Assembly: GCA_902615625.1 (NCBI GenBank)
Contig: CACMPM010000001.1
Span: 169-64,168, forward strand
Source of the DNA: an uncultured Alphaproteobacteria bacterium
GTDB lineage: Bacteria; Pseudomonadota; Alphaproteobacteria; HIMB59; GCA-002718135
Length of the DNA: 64,000 bases
Reading direction: 5' to 3'
Made by a program: the position numbers and the translations under genes. The notes under the pieces were generated by a model that was given only the letters and a program-made list of their open reading frames with translations, was not told where the DNA came from and made no database searches. Of this stretch, positions 53,072 to 62,444 are shown one piece after another. How positions within the stretch are numbered: the stretch's first letter is position 1; every line of letters starts with the position of its first letter.

Positions 53072-54394
53072 TTATCTAGCTAAAGCACCCATTGGATCCC
53101 AAGGTGCTAGCGCTACTGGTTCCATATCTAAGTATTTTAAAAGTCTTTTGTTTAGATATTTTTTATCAATGACAACTTCATAGGTATATTCATCAAACCA
53201 TTCATCGGTCATCATCATATATCCTTGATTGCCACTTTTTGTTCCCCAGCTATTTTCAATTTTCCATTTTGTTGAATTTCTTTTTTTAATATCGACACCT
53301 GTTAAAAGCATGGCATGAGTCATTTCACTATCACCATACTCTAAACGAGTTTGTTTATTCATCTTAAATGAAGTTTGGAAGACATTTTCATAGTCGTAAA
53401 TGCCCATATCAAGAACACCCATATCACGACTAAAACGTTTTCCAACATCACAACCAAACCATACAGCTTCATTGTTTTTAATTGAGTCCATCGCAGATTT
53501 TTTTAATTCTTTAATATCTACATTTAAATATTTAATAATTTGACCTTCAACAACATTACCTAGATATTCAACTGTATACATTGTATTGAATTTTTTATTA
53601 CTCATTGGAGCATGAATTAAGCAAACTTTATCTTTAATATTGATATCGGCATATTTTTTGCAGAAATCAATTGGTGTCATATCTGAAATGACAATGTGTC
53701 TATTATCTTTATTTCGAGTAGACCAATTGATAGCATCTGGTGGTTGACCAAGAAATATTGCTAGTAAATTATAAATTGTTTCCATCATGTCTTTTTTTAG
53801 AGCTGAAGAATTTTTAGCTGGTTTCTTTCTTAGTATAGAAGCAAACTCTCTTAATTTGTGAGTCAAAATATAATTCATAGCACCAGATTTACTGCTGTGA
53901 TTTGTTTCAGGCATTACATCTTTTGGAACTGCACCGTACTTATTAATTAAGTTTACAAACATATCCCACTGTCCACCATCTTGCACAGGCGCTTTTAAAA
54001 GATGCGTAATTAATCTGCTTTCATATGATTCATCTCTTGATTTGATAATATTCTCTAAAAAATAGTTGGCTTTCTCTAACTTATCCCAAAACATGAAATA
54101 ATTTTGTGAAAACTCAAATGTATTTAGTTCAAGACTGTCAACAACTTGCAAACGCATAAGATTTAATCCTGCAAATCCCCAACATCTACCTGATGCCATT
54201 TGATTTGTTGCAGGTAGTTCTTTTTCAATTAGATTGGAAAAATTATGATTGATTTGACTAAAGTTTTCCCAATTGAGTGCAACATTGGCTAAATCATTTT
54301 TTATTAATGCATTTCGTGAAGCTGTGTTTTTATTATTTCTTAAAAATTTATTTTTGAAAGTTTTGATTGTTGAAAGAGATATATTTTTTGCCAT
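53072..54394 (-). CDS. pepC: Aminopeptidase C / bleomycin hydrolase-type cysteine peptidase (family C1B)
   Basis: Active-site motifs QMASGRCWGFA, HAMLLTG and ENSWG are present, with a C-terminal DPMGALAR tail. Confidence 0.9.
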   Translation of the reverse strand: MAKNISLSTIKTFKNKFLRNNKNTASRNALIKNDLANVALNWENFSQINHNFSNLIEKELPATNQMASGRCWGFAGLNLMRLQVVDSLELNTFEFSQNYFMFWDKLEKANYFLENIIKSRDESYESRLITHLLKAPVQDGGQWDMFVNLINKYGAVPKDVMPETNHSSKSGAMNYILTHKLREFASILRKKPAKNSSALKKDMMETIYNLLAIFLGQPPDAINWSTRNKDNRHIVISDMTPIDFCKKYADINIKDKVCLIHAPMSNKKFNTMYTVEYLGNVVEGQIIKYLNVDIKELKKSAMDSIKNNEAVWFGCDVGKRFSRDMGVLDMGIYDYENVFQTSFKMNKQTRLEYGDSEMTHAMLLTGVDIKKRNSTKWKIENSWGTKSGNQGYMMMTDEWFDEYTYEVVIDKKYLNKRLLKYLDMEPVALAPWDPMGALAR

Positions 54395-54424
54395 ATTCTC
54401 TATTTAAAACTATTTCAGCTTAAT

Positions 54425-56950
54425 TCAATTCTTAACTGTTTTTTTCTTTTTTTTGAGACCCATTTTAGCTTTTCTTTCATCAATTAACCTAATGGCATCT
54501 TCTAGTTTTAAGCTATCAATTGTTTGATCACCAAGAATTGATGCATTTATTTTTCCACATTTTACATATGGTCCAAATTTTCCATCATGAGCAGTAATAT
54601 TTTTCTTTTCTGTTGGATGCTCTCCAAATGTTTTTAACGTCGCATTACCTCTCTGTGTAGGTTTAGCAATTAATTCAATGGCTCTTTCAAGTTCAATATC
54701 AAGAATATTATCTGTTTTTTCGAGAGCTTTATATTTTTTATCATGCAGAATATATGGTCCGTACATTCCTATACCTGCACTAACCGTTTTAGTTGTTTCT
54801 GGATGAAAACCTAATTTACGTGGTAAGCCAAGTAATTGAATAGCTGTGTTTAATCCTATTTCATCTGGCTCAAAATTTTTAGGAATAGAAACTCTTTTTG
54901 GTTTCTTTTCTTTTGTCCCTTCACCAACTTGCATATAAAATCCATAAGGACCTTTTCGAAGAGTAATCATTTCTCCTGTTTCAGGATAAATACCAATTTC
55001 TTTTGGTCCACTAAGAGCAGCGCCATCTTTATCGTTTAATTGATTAAACTGAACCGTGTATTTGCAATCAGGATAATTAGAGCAGCCAATAAATCCTCCA
55101 AACTTTCCAACTTTAATTCCTAGTCTTCCATTATCACAGGTTGGACATTTTCTTTTTTCATCTGCTCCGTTTGGTGGAAAGAAATGAGGACCTAGTGCTT
55201 CATCTAACACATCAATGACCTCTCTATTTGATTTGCCTACAGTTTCGTCACAAAGTTGTTTAAATGTTTCCCAAAATTTTCTTAGAACTTCTTTCCAATC
55301 AAGTTTACCATCAGATATTTCATCAAGTTGATTTTCAAGATCAGCGGTAAAATCATATTCGACATATTGATTGAAATATTTCTCTAAAAATATCGATACT
55401 ATTCTTCCTCTATCATGAGGATTAAAACGTTTTTTATCTAAAATTACATAATCTCTATCTTGTAGAACTTTAATAATAGAAGCATAAGTAGATGGTCTGC
55501 CAATACCAAGTTCTTCAAGTTTTTTAACTAAGCTTGCTTCGGTGTAACGAGGAGGAGGGGAGGTAAAATGTTGTGTCTTTTCAACTTCTTTTAAATTTAA
55601 ACTCTCTCCTTCACTCATGGCAGGAAGAATTGTTTCTTTTTCTTCATCTTTATCATCATCTTTAGCTTCTTGATAAACTTTGTACATTCCAGGAAACTTA
55701 ATTGTTGATCCATTTGCTCGTAAAACAATTTTTTTATCTTCGTTTGTAATATCAACAGCTACCTGGTCTAATACAGCACTTGCCATTTGTGAGCTTACCG
55801 CTCTTTGCCAAATAATTTCATATAGCTTATATTCTTCTAAGGTAATATATTGCTTAATATCTTTTGGTGTTAGGTAAATATTTGTTGGTCTAATGCATTC
55901 ATGTGCTTCTTGGGCATTTTTAGCCTTCGATTTATAAACTCTTGGCACTTCTGGTAAATAGTTTGCACCATAATTATCAGTAACAAAACCTCGAACTTGG
56001 TTAATAGCTTCTTTTGACATCACTACACTGTCTGTTCGCATATAAGTTATTAAGCCAGTTGTTTCTCCTTTAATATCCGTTCCTTCGTATAGACGTTGAG
56101 CTGTACGCATTGTTTGGCTCGCGCTAAGACCAAGTTTACGACTAGACTCAATTTGCATTGTAGATGTAGTAAAAGCAGGGTAGGGGTTTCTTCTAGCTTC
56201 TTTTTTCGTAATATTTCCAACAGTGAAAGTAGAATTTTTAATATCATTAAATATTTTTGTCGCTTCACCTTCATTTTTAATATCAAGTTTATCTACTTTA
56301 TTCCCATCATAAACTGTAAGTCTTGAATTAATGATTTTATCTTCTTTATTTCTAAACTCACCTTGTAAAGACCAATATTCCTGTGGAATAAATTTTTCTA
56401 TTTCAAGTTCTCTTTCACTAATTATTCTTAATGCAACAGATTGAACTCTACCTGCTGACTTTGATCCTGGTAATTTTCTCCATAGTACTGGAGAAAGTGT
56501 AAAGCCGACAAGAAAATCTAGAGCTCTTCTTGCAAGATATGCATTAACTAAATTTTCATCTATTTCTCTTGGCTCTTTAAGACTATCAAGAACGGCATTT
56601 TTAGTAATTTCATTAAATGTAACACGGTGAATATTTAATTTTGAAAGTGAAGAATTATCTCTAAGTAGTTTTTCTACATGCCAAGCTATGGCTTCACCTT
56701 CACGGTCGGGGTCAGTTGCCAGATATAAATTTTCAGATTTTTTTGCAGCATCTGTTATTTCTTTTATTACTTTTTTTCCACGATCACTGGTTTCCCATTT
56801 CATTTGGAAATCATTTTCAGTATCTATCGCATCATTTTTTGCTGATAAATCTCGAACATGTCCCACACTTGCGAGAACTTTGAAGTCAGAGCCTAAATAT
56901 TTATTAATAGACTTTGCCTTTGATGGTGATTCAACAATTAATACATTCAT
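54425..56950 (-). CDS. topA: DNA topoisomerase I
   Basis: MNVLIVESPSKAK is a canonical N-terminus, with Toprim DPDREGEAIAWH, active-site ITYMRTDS, and a C-terminal zinc ribbon CPTC...CSNYPDC. I prefer the ATG at 56950 over the upstream TTG at 56965. Confidence 0.95.
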   Translation of the reverse strand: MNVLIVESPSKAKSINKYLGSDFKVLASVGHVRDLSAKNDAIDTENDFQMKWETSDRGKKVIKEITDAAKKSENLYLATDPDREGEAIAWHVEKLLRDNSSLSKLNIHRVTFNEITKNAVLDSLKEPREIDENLVNAYLARRALDFLVGFTLSPVLWRKLPGSKSAGRVQSVALRIISERELEIEKFIPQEYWSLQGEFRNKEDKIINSRLTVYDGNKVDKLDIKNEGEATKIFNDIKNSTFTVGNITKKEARRNPYPAFTTSTMQIESSRKLGLSASQTMRTAQRLYEGTDIKGETTGLITYMRTDSVVMSKEAINQVRGFVTDNYGANYLPEVPRVYKSKAKNAQEAHECIRPTNIYLTPKDIKQYITLEEYKLYEIIWQRAVSSQMASAVLDQVAVDITNEDKKIVLRANGSTIKFPGMYKVYQEAKDDDKDEEKETILPAMSEGESLNLKEVEKTQHFTSPPPRYTEASLVKKLEELGIGRPSTYASIIKVLQDRDYVILDKKRFNPHDRGRIVSIFLEKYFNQYVEYDFTADLENQLDEISDGKLDWKEVLRKFWETFKQLCDETVGKSNREVIDVLDEALGPHFFPPNGADEKRKCPTCDNGRLGIKVGKFGGFIGCSNYPDCKYTVQFNQLNDKDGAALSGPKEIGIYPETGEMITLRKGPYGFYMQVGEGTKEKKPKRVSIPKNFEPDEIGLNTAIQLLGLPRKLGFHPETTKTVSAGIGMYGPYILHDKKYKALEKTDNILDIELERAIELIAKPTQRGNATLKTFGEHPTEKKNITAHDGKFGPYVKCGKINASILGDQTIDSLKLEDAIRLIDERKAKMGLKKKKKTVKN

Positions 56951-56969
56951 AAATTTGGGCCCCAAATTT
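56951..56969. repeat. 19-nt GC-cored inverted repeat AAATTTGGGCCCCAAATTT abutting the topA start codon
   Basis: Read directly from the sequence. It gives 8 bp arms around a 3-nt centre. GGGCCCC is conspicuous in this AT-rich DNA. Confidence 0.6.
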
Positions 56970-57015
56970 CAGTTTAAAGATAATTCGTCAAGAAATTTTA
57001 AAAAAAAGTATATTT

Positions 57016-57621
57016 TTACTTGGATAATTTAATTTTACTTTCAGTTTTGTTTATGAGTCTTTTAATGTTTTCTGTGTGTTTAAGAAAAATAATAAAGGTC
57101 AAATAAATAAAGAAAATTAGAATATAAAAATTAAAATTAATAAAAATATAATAAGATGGTGCTACTAAAATTCCAATTAAAGATCCAAGAGAAGAGTATT
57201 TACTTACAAAAGCAGTAACAAGCCATACTAATAAAAATAAAATTGCAATGTAAGGATTAAAACCAAATAAAAAGCCAATATACGTTGCTACTCCTTTTCC
57301 GCCTTTGAATTTTAACCAAACAGGATAGATATGACCTAATATGGCAAAGTGGCAGAGAAGTATTTTATTCAACAAAGAAATATCTTGAAAATACATTTGT
57401 AAAATGAGGAATGGAAGAAAGCCTTTAAAAATATCAAAACAAAGAACAATGAATGCTAAAAATTTATTTCCTGTTCTTAAAACATTGGTTGCACCTACAT
57501 TGCCAGAACCAACCTTTCTAATATCTCCCAAGCCAAATAATTTTGTAAAAATCAATGCAAAGGGTAATGATCCTATTACATAAAAAAATATGATTAATGA
57601 TAAACTACTTACTAAAGTCAT
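57016..57621 (-). CDS. plsY: Glycerol-3-phosphate acyltransferase PlsY
   Basis: GSGNVGATNVLR and KGGKGVAT motifs on a polytopic membrane protein. Confidence 0.93.
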   Translation of the reverse strand: MTLVSSLSLIIFFYVIGSLPFALIFTKLFGLGDIRKVGSGNVGATNVLRTGNKFLAFIVLCFDIFKGFLPFLILQMYFQDISLLNKILLCHFAILGHIYPVWLKFKGGKGVATYIGFLFGFNPYIAILFLLVWLVTAFVSKYSSLGSLIGILVAPSYYIFINFNFYILIFFIYLTFIIFLKHTENIKRLINKTESKIKLSK

Positions 57622-58750
57622 CTCTGTTTTTAATAATTAAGTCTAAGCATGCCATTCGTACTGCAACACCCATAGCTACCTGTTCTTGTATTAAGCTCCT
57701 CGTGACGTCATCGGCAAGTTTTGAGTCTATTTCTACACCACGGTTCATTGGGCCTGGATGCATAACGAAAGCATTTTTTTTTGCATATTTAAGTTTATTG
57801 TAATCTAAACCATACTTTTTAAAATAAGTCTTTTGATTTGGCATTATTTTCCCAACTATTCTTTCTTTTTGAATACGTAGCATCATAACGATATCACAAT
57901 TTTGTAATCCCTTTTTCATTTCCGTATAAACGTACACAGGTAGTTTATTTAAACTTTTTGGTAACCATTCCTTAGGCCCAATAACATTTATTTTTGCACC
58001 TAACTTTGAAAGTATAATTATGTTTGATCGAGCAACACGGCTATGTAAAATATCCCCGCATATAGCAATTTTTAATTTTGAAAAATTTTCAAATTTATTT
58101 TTTATAGTAAGTGCGTCTAATAAGGCTTGTGTGGGATGCTCATGACTACCGTCACCAGCGTTAATTACAGACGCATCTACTGTTTCTGAAATTTTTTTAC
58201 TAATTCCCTCCTCTGGATGTCTCACAATTAAAACGTCAGGATTCATTGAATTAATAGTAGTCATAGTATCAAGCAAGGTTTCACCTTTATTTATAGAACT
58301 ATCTTTTACAACTACATTAATGAGATCTGCTCCTAGTCTTTTAGCAGCAACTTCAAAACTTGTTCTTGTTCTTGTTGAATCTTCAAAAAAAAGATTAAAT
58401 ATTGTTCTTCCCTCTAGAACATTAATTTTTTTAATTTTCCTTTTATTAAAAGTTATATATTTTTTAGATTCATCTAAGATGTGCTCAATTTCTTTCTTGG
58501 TTAAATCAGCTGTTTCGACTAAATGAATTTTTTTAAAAATATTTTTACTTCTTTTTAATTTGATATTTGTTTTTGAAGAAATTGATGCATAATATTTTAA
58601 AGCTATTTTTTCTGCGTCTTTAAGAATTTTTGAACCTGTAGATGATCTGATTGCTTTTATTTTTGGCATTTTTATTTTCATTTGCCAATATTTTGAATTT
58701 TCTCTTTTATATAATTTTATATGTCCTGATTTAAGTAGCTTTGAATTCAT
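57605..58750 (-). CDS. pyrB: Aspartate carbamoyltransferase catalytic chain with an atypical ~72-aa N-terminal extension
   Basis: STRTRTSFE, HPTQALLD and HPGPMNRGVEI motifs. The core aligns from about residue 73. There is no canonical start codon between Met28 and the core. Confidence 0.9.
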   Translation of the reverse strand: MNSKLLKSGHIKLYKRENSKYWQMKIKMPKIKAIRSSTGSKILKDAEKIALKYYASISSKTNIKLKRSKNIFKKIHLVETADLTKKEIEHILDESKKYITFNKRKIKKINVLEGRTIFNLFFEDSTRTRTSFEVAAKRLGADLINVVVKDSSINKGETLLDTMTTINSMNPDVLIVRHPEEGISKKISETVDASVINAGDGSHEHPTQALLDALTIKNKFENFSKLKIAICGDILHSRVARSNIIILSKLGAKINVIGPKEWLPKSLNKLPVYVYTEMKKGLQNCDIVMMLRIQKERIVGKIMPNQKTYFKKYGLDYNKLKYAKKNAFVMHPGPMNRGVEIDSKLADDVTRSLIQEQVAMGVAVRMACLDLIIKNRDDFSK

Positions 58751-58780
58751 ATGTGTTAATAATGTGTCAATATGTGTAAA
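58751..58780 (-). repeat. Three phased direct repeats, ATGTGTNAA on the plus strand (TTNACACAT on the gene strand), immediately upstream of pyrB
   Basis: Copies are at 58751-58759, 58762-58770 and 58772-58780, spaced 11 and 10 nt. Together they nearly fill the 38-nt ruvX-pyrB spacer. Confidence 0.7.
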
Positions 58781-58788
58781 CTAATTTA

Positions 58789-59247
58789 TTAATGATTTCT
58801 ATATCTATCTAAATATCCTTGTAAGATATAAGCAGCCGATTGTTGATCAAGTTTACTTTTTATCTTTGTTTTACTTAAATCGGCTTTTCTCATTTCTTTA
58901 AAGATTACATCTGATGAATATCTTTCATCCCAAAGAGCCGTAGGTTTTTTAAAAAAGGTTTGAAGATTAATATTAAAATCTCTTACTAATTGGCTTTGTT
59001 TGTTTTCACTATTATCCAGGCTAATCGGCAAACCAAGAATAAATCCACCAATTTCATACTCTTTCAAAATATCTTTCATGATAATTAAATCTTTATTAGT
59101 TCCTTTTCTTTGGATAATTGAAAGAGGTGTAGCGATTATTTTTGATCTATCACTTACTGCAACACCAATCGTTTTAGTTCCTAGGTCTAGACCTACAAGT
59201 ATTTGTGATGTATTAAGGCCATCGATTAAATTATTTTGATCATTCAT
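58789..59247 (-). CDS. ruvX: Holliday junction resolvase-like / pre-16S rRNA nuclease RuvX (YqgF)
   Basis: GLDLGTKTIGVAVSD motif. I prefer the start at Met14 of the track ORF (MNDQNN...), because the longer ORF would overlap gatC divergently. Confidence 0.85.
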   Translation of the reverse strand: MNDQNNLIDGLNTSQILVGLDLGTKTIGVAVSDRSKIIATPLSIIQRKGTNKDLIIMKDILKEYEIGGFILGLPISLDNSENKQSQLVRDFNINLQTFFKKPTALWDERYSSDVIFKEMRKADLSKTKIKSKLDQQSAAYILQGYLDRYRNH

Positions 59248-59264
59248 ATAATGGAGCTCATAAA

Positions 59265-59552
59265 TTGAAGATTGATAAAAATACAATAAATAAAATTGCT
59301 CGTCTATCTAGAATAAAGTTAGATGATAAAGAATCTGAAGATTATATTAATGATCTTAATTCCATTTTAGACTGGGTAGAGCAGCTAAATGAAGTAAATA
59401 CTGAAAATGTAGAACCGTTAAGTAACATATCATCATCAATTTTACCTAAAAGAGAAGATGTATCTAATGATTCTAATTCTAGTGAGGAAATTCTCGAAAA
59501 CGCTCCTGATAAACTCGAAGGGTTTTTCGCAGTACCAAAGGTTGTAGAATAA
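59265..59552 (+). CDS. gatC: Asp/Glu-tRNA amidotransferase subunit C
   Basis: 95 aa with INKIARLSRIKLDDKE. TTG start, with GGAG 8 nt upstream. Confidence 0.9.
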   Translation: MKIDKNTINKIARLSRIKLDDKESEDYINDLNSILDWVEQLNEVNTENVEPLSNISSSILPKREDVSNDSNSSEEILENAPDKLEGFFAVPKVVE

Positions 59553-60976
59553 TGTTTAAATCATCTTTGAAACAAACGTTAAAAGATCTCGAGACAAAAA
59601 AAATATCAATAAGAGAATTAAATCAGGATTATTTAAAAAGAATTAAGGAAAATGAAAATTTAAATGTTTTTATTCATTTTAGTGAAGATAATGTTTTAAA
59701 GCAGATAGATAACTTAGAGAAAGATAATTCTGCTAAAAAATTAAAAGGTATTCCGATTGCAATCAAGGATCTATTTTGTACTAAAAGTATGCCTACAACC
59801 GCAGCTTCAAAGATTTTAGAAAATTTTAATCCAACTTATGAATCATTTGTTACTCAAAAATTATTAGATGAAGGATCTATTTTTGTTGGTAAAACAAATT
59901 TAGATGAGTTTGCTATGGGTTCAGCGACTAATACAAGTTTTTTTGGAAATACAATTAATCCATTATCAAAAGAGAATATGCCTTTGGCTCCTGGTGGATC
60001 TTCTGGTGGTTCCGCAGCCGCAGTTGCTGCAGATTTATGTTTAGGAGCAACTGGAACAGATACAGGTGGATCAATAAGACAACCAGCTAGCTTTTGTGGT
60101 GTTGTTGGTATCAAACCAACATATGGTTTATGTTCACGATGGGGTATAGCTGCATTTGCATCCAGTTTGGATCAAGCAGGAATTTTTTCTCATAATGTTG
60201 AAGATGCATCAATATTATTACAATCAATCGCTGGGTTTGATCAAAGAGATAGTACAAGTGCTAAAGTAGATATTCCAAATTATTTTGAAAATTTAGATGA
60301 TGATCTAAATGGGAAAACTGTTGGTATACCAAAAGAGTATTCAATTGATGGTACACCAATGGAAATAAGTCAGATATGGCAAGATGCTATCAAGTTTTTA
60401 GAAAAAAAAGGTGTTAAAATTAAAAATATTTCACTTCCTCACACTAAATATGCACTTCCTACTTATTATATAATAGCTCCTGCTGAAGCTTCTTCAAATT
60501 TAGCTCGCTATGATGGAGTAAAATATGGTTTTAGATCTGATGAAATTAATTCCCTTGATGAAATGTATGAAAATACAAGAGCTCAAGGTTTTGGAAGAGA
60601 AGTAAAAAGAAGAATTTTAATAGGAACATACGTATTATCTGCAGGCTATTATGATGCATATTATCTTAAGGCACAAAAAGTAAGAAAATTAATTGCCGAT
60701 GATTTTAATAGAGCTTTTAAAGAATGTGATTTTATAGTTACTCCTACTGCACCAAGTGCTGCATTTCCCTTAAATGAAAAACAAAATGATCCTATCAAAA
60801 TGTATTTAAATGATGTGTTTACGGTTCCTGCTTCTTTAGCTGGCCTACCAGGTATTTCCATTCCCTTTGGTAAAGATAAAAATAATTTACCACTAGGTAT
60901 TCAAATATTAGGAAAACATTTTGATGAACAACAAGTTTTTAATGCCGCTATATCTCTAGAAAGATCATATGAATAA
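59552..60976 (+). CDS. gatA: Asp/Glu-tRNA amidotransferase subunit A
   Basis: Amidase signature [12 protein letters not shown] and [12 protein letters not shown]. Confidence 0.97.
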   Translation: MFKSSLKQTLKDLETKKISIRELNQDYLKRIKENENLNVFIHFSEDNVLKQIDNLEKDNSAKKLKGIPIAIKDLFCTKSMPTTAASKILENFNPTYESFVTQKLLDEGSIFVGKTNLDEFAMGSATNTSFFGNTINPLSKENMPLAPGGSSGGSAAAVAADLCLGATGTDTGGSIRQPASFCGVVGIKPTYGLCSRWGIAAFASSLDQAGIFSHNVEDASILLQSIAGFDQRDSTSAKVDIPNYFENLDDDLNGKTVGIPKEYSIDGTPMEISQIWQDAIKFLEKKGVKIKNISLPHTKYALPTYYIIAPAEASSNLARYDGVKYGFRSDEINSLDEMYENTRAQGFGREVKRRILIGTYVLSAGYYDAYYLKAQKVRKLIADDFNRAFKECDFIVTPTAPSAAFPLNEKQNDPIKMYLNDVFTVPASLAGLPGISIPFGKDKNNLPLGIQILGKHFDEQQVFNAAISLERSYE

Positions 60977-62444
60977 TTTAATAAAAGGTGAAAAGCATGA
61001 TTGGGAGATGGTAATCGGTCTTGAAATACATGCTCAAGTAAAATCAAATTCTAAATTATTTTCTTCATCATCGACAAAATTTGGCTCATCACCAAATAGT
61101 CAAGTATCTTTAGTCGATGCTGCTATGCCAGGAATGTTGCCTGTTATTAATAAGTATTGCGTGGAACAGGCAGTAAAAACTGGAGTCGGTTTAAATGCTA
61201 AAATTAATAATTATTCTGTCTTTGATAGAAAAAATTACTTTTATGCTGATCTTCCACAAGGATATCAAATTAGTCAGTATAAATATCCAATTGTTGGAGA
61301 AGGAAAAGTTACAATTGATTTTAAAGATGGAACATCGAAAGATATTAGAATTGTGAGATTACATTTAGAGCAAGATGCTGGTAAAAGTTTACACGATCAA
61401 AATCCTTCAAAAACATATGTAGATCTCAACAGATCTGGTGTTGCTTTAATGGAAATTGTTAGTGAACCTGACATCAGAACGCCTGATGAAGCTGGAATGT
61501 ATATATCCAAAATCAGATCAATTTTAATGTATCTAGATACATGTGATGGAAATATGCAAGAGGGTTCTTTAAGAGCAGATGTAAATATTTCAGTAAGAAA
61601 ACCTGGAGATGAATATGGAACTCGATGTGAAATTAAAAACTTAAACTCTATAAAGTTTATTAAGCAGGCTATTAATTATGAAGCAAAAAGACAAATAGAA
61701 ATATTGGAGTCTGGTGGTTTTATTGAACAAAACACAATGCTCTTTAATACATCTACTGGCAAAACTAGACCCATGAGAAATAAAGAAGAAGCTCATGATT
61801 ATAGATACTTTCCTGATCCAGATTTATTACCACTAGAAATTTCTAAAGAAGAAATAGGGAAAATTAAATCATCAATACCAGAGCTTCCAGATGAGCTTAA
61901 GAATAAATTTATTGAGACTTTTAAATTGTCTAATTATGATGCCTCAGTATTAACTGCAGAGAAACAAACATCTGATTATTTTAATGAAACAATTAATTCA
62001 GATCCAGAATTAAAAAATCATGCAAAAATAGTTGTAAATTGGATTACTTCTGAATTGTTTTCATTATTAAACAAAAATAATCAAGATTTAAATAACTCTC
62101 CAGTATCACCTGAAAACTTGGGACAACTTATAAAGTTAATTTCTACAAATGAAATTTCTGGCAAAATTGCAAAAGATGTATTGGAAGACATGTTTTCTTC
62201 AGGAAAAACACCTAGACAAATCGTAGATGAAAAGGGTTTGCAACAAGTTACAGATCAGGATGAAATAGCAAAAGTTATTGATGAGGTCATTGCAGAAAAT
62301 CCAAAAATGGTCGAACAGTATCTAGCAGGTAAAGATAAGTTGTTAGGTTTCTTTGTTGGCCAAGCTATGAAATTTACTAAAGGAAAAGCTAATCCAAAAA
62401 TGCTAAATGATATTTTAAAACAAAAATTAAATAAAAAAAATTAA
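60969..62444 (+). CDS. gatB: Asp/Glu-tRNA amidotransferase subunit B
   Basis: 491 aa with [12 protein letters not shown] and [17 protein letters not shown] motifs and a YqeY-like tail. Confidence 0.97.
   Translation: MNNLIKGEKHDWEMVIGLEIHAQVKSNSKLFSSSSTKFGSSPNSQVSLVDAAMPGMLPVINKYCVEQAVKTGVGLNAKINNYSVFDRKNYFYADLPQGYQISQYKYPIVGEGKVTIDFKDGTSKDIRIVRLHLEQDAGKSLHDQNPSKTYVDLNRSGVALMEIVSEPDIRTPDEAGMYISKIRSILMYLDTCDGNMQEGSLRADVNISVRKPGDEYGTRCEIKNLNSIKFIKQAINYEAKRQIEILESGGFIEQNTMLFNTSTGKTRPMRNKEEAHDYRYFPDPDLLPLEISKEEIGKIKSSIPELPDELKNKFIETFKLSNYDASVLTAEKQTSDYFNETINSDPELKNHAKIVVNWITSELFSLLNKNNQDLNNSPVSPENLGQLIKLISTNEISGKIAKDVLEDMFSSGKTPRQIVDEKGLQQVTDQDEIAKVIDEVIAENPKMVEQYLAGKDKLLGFFVGQAMKFTKGKANPKMLNDILKQKLNKKN

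Noticed and set aside
56951-56965. TTG at 56965 as the topA start, as given in the ORF track.
   Set aside because: The extra MGPKF is encoded by the palindrome itself. TopA proteins characteristically begin right at M-x-L-v-IVESPxKAK.
56688-57032. A 114-aa plus-strand ORF spans the topA 5' end, the intergenic palindrome and the plsY 3' end.
   Set aside because: It is antisense to two solid genes, has no motif, and its reading frame crosses the spacer only by chance.
58601-58726. The integrase-like sequence could mark an active mobile element or prophage inserted at pyrB.
   Set aside because: Only the roughly 50-residue arm-like head is present. No core-binding or catalytic (R..HxxR..Y) domain, excisionase, phage genes, tRNA target or flanking att-like direct repeats are visible. 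The flanking genes (ruvX, plsY, topA) are in conserved core order.
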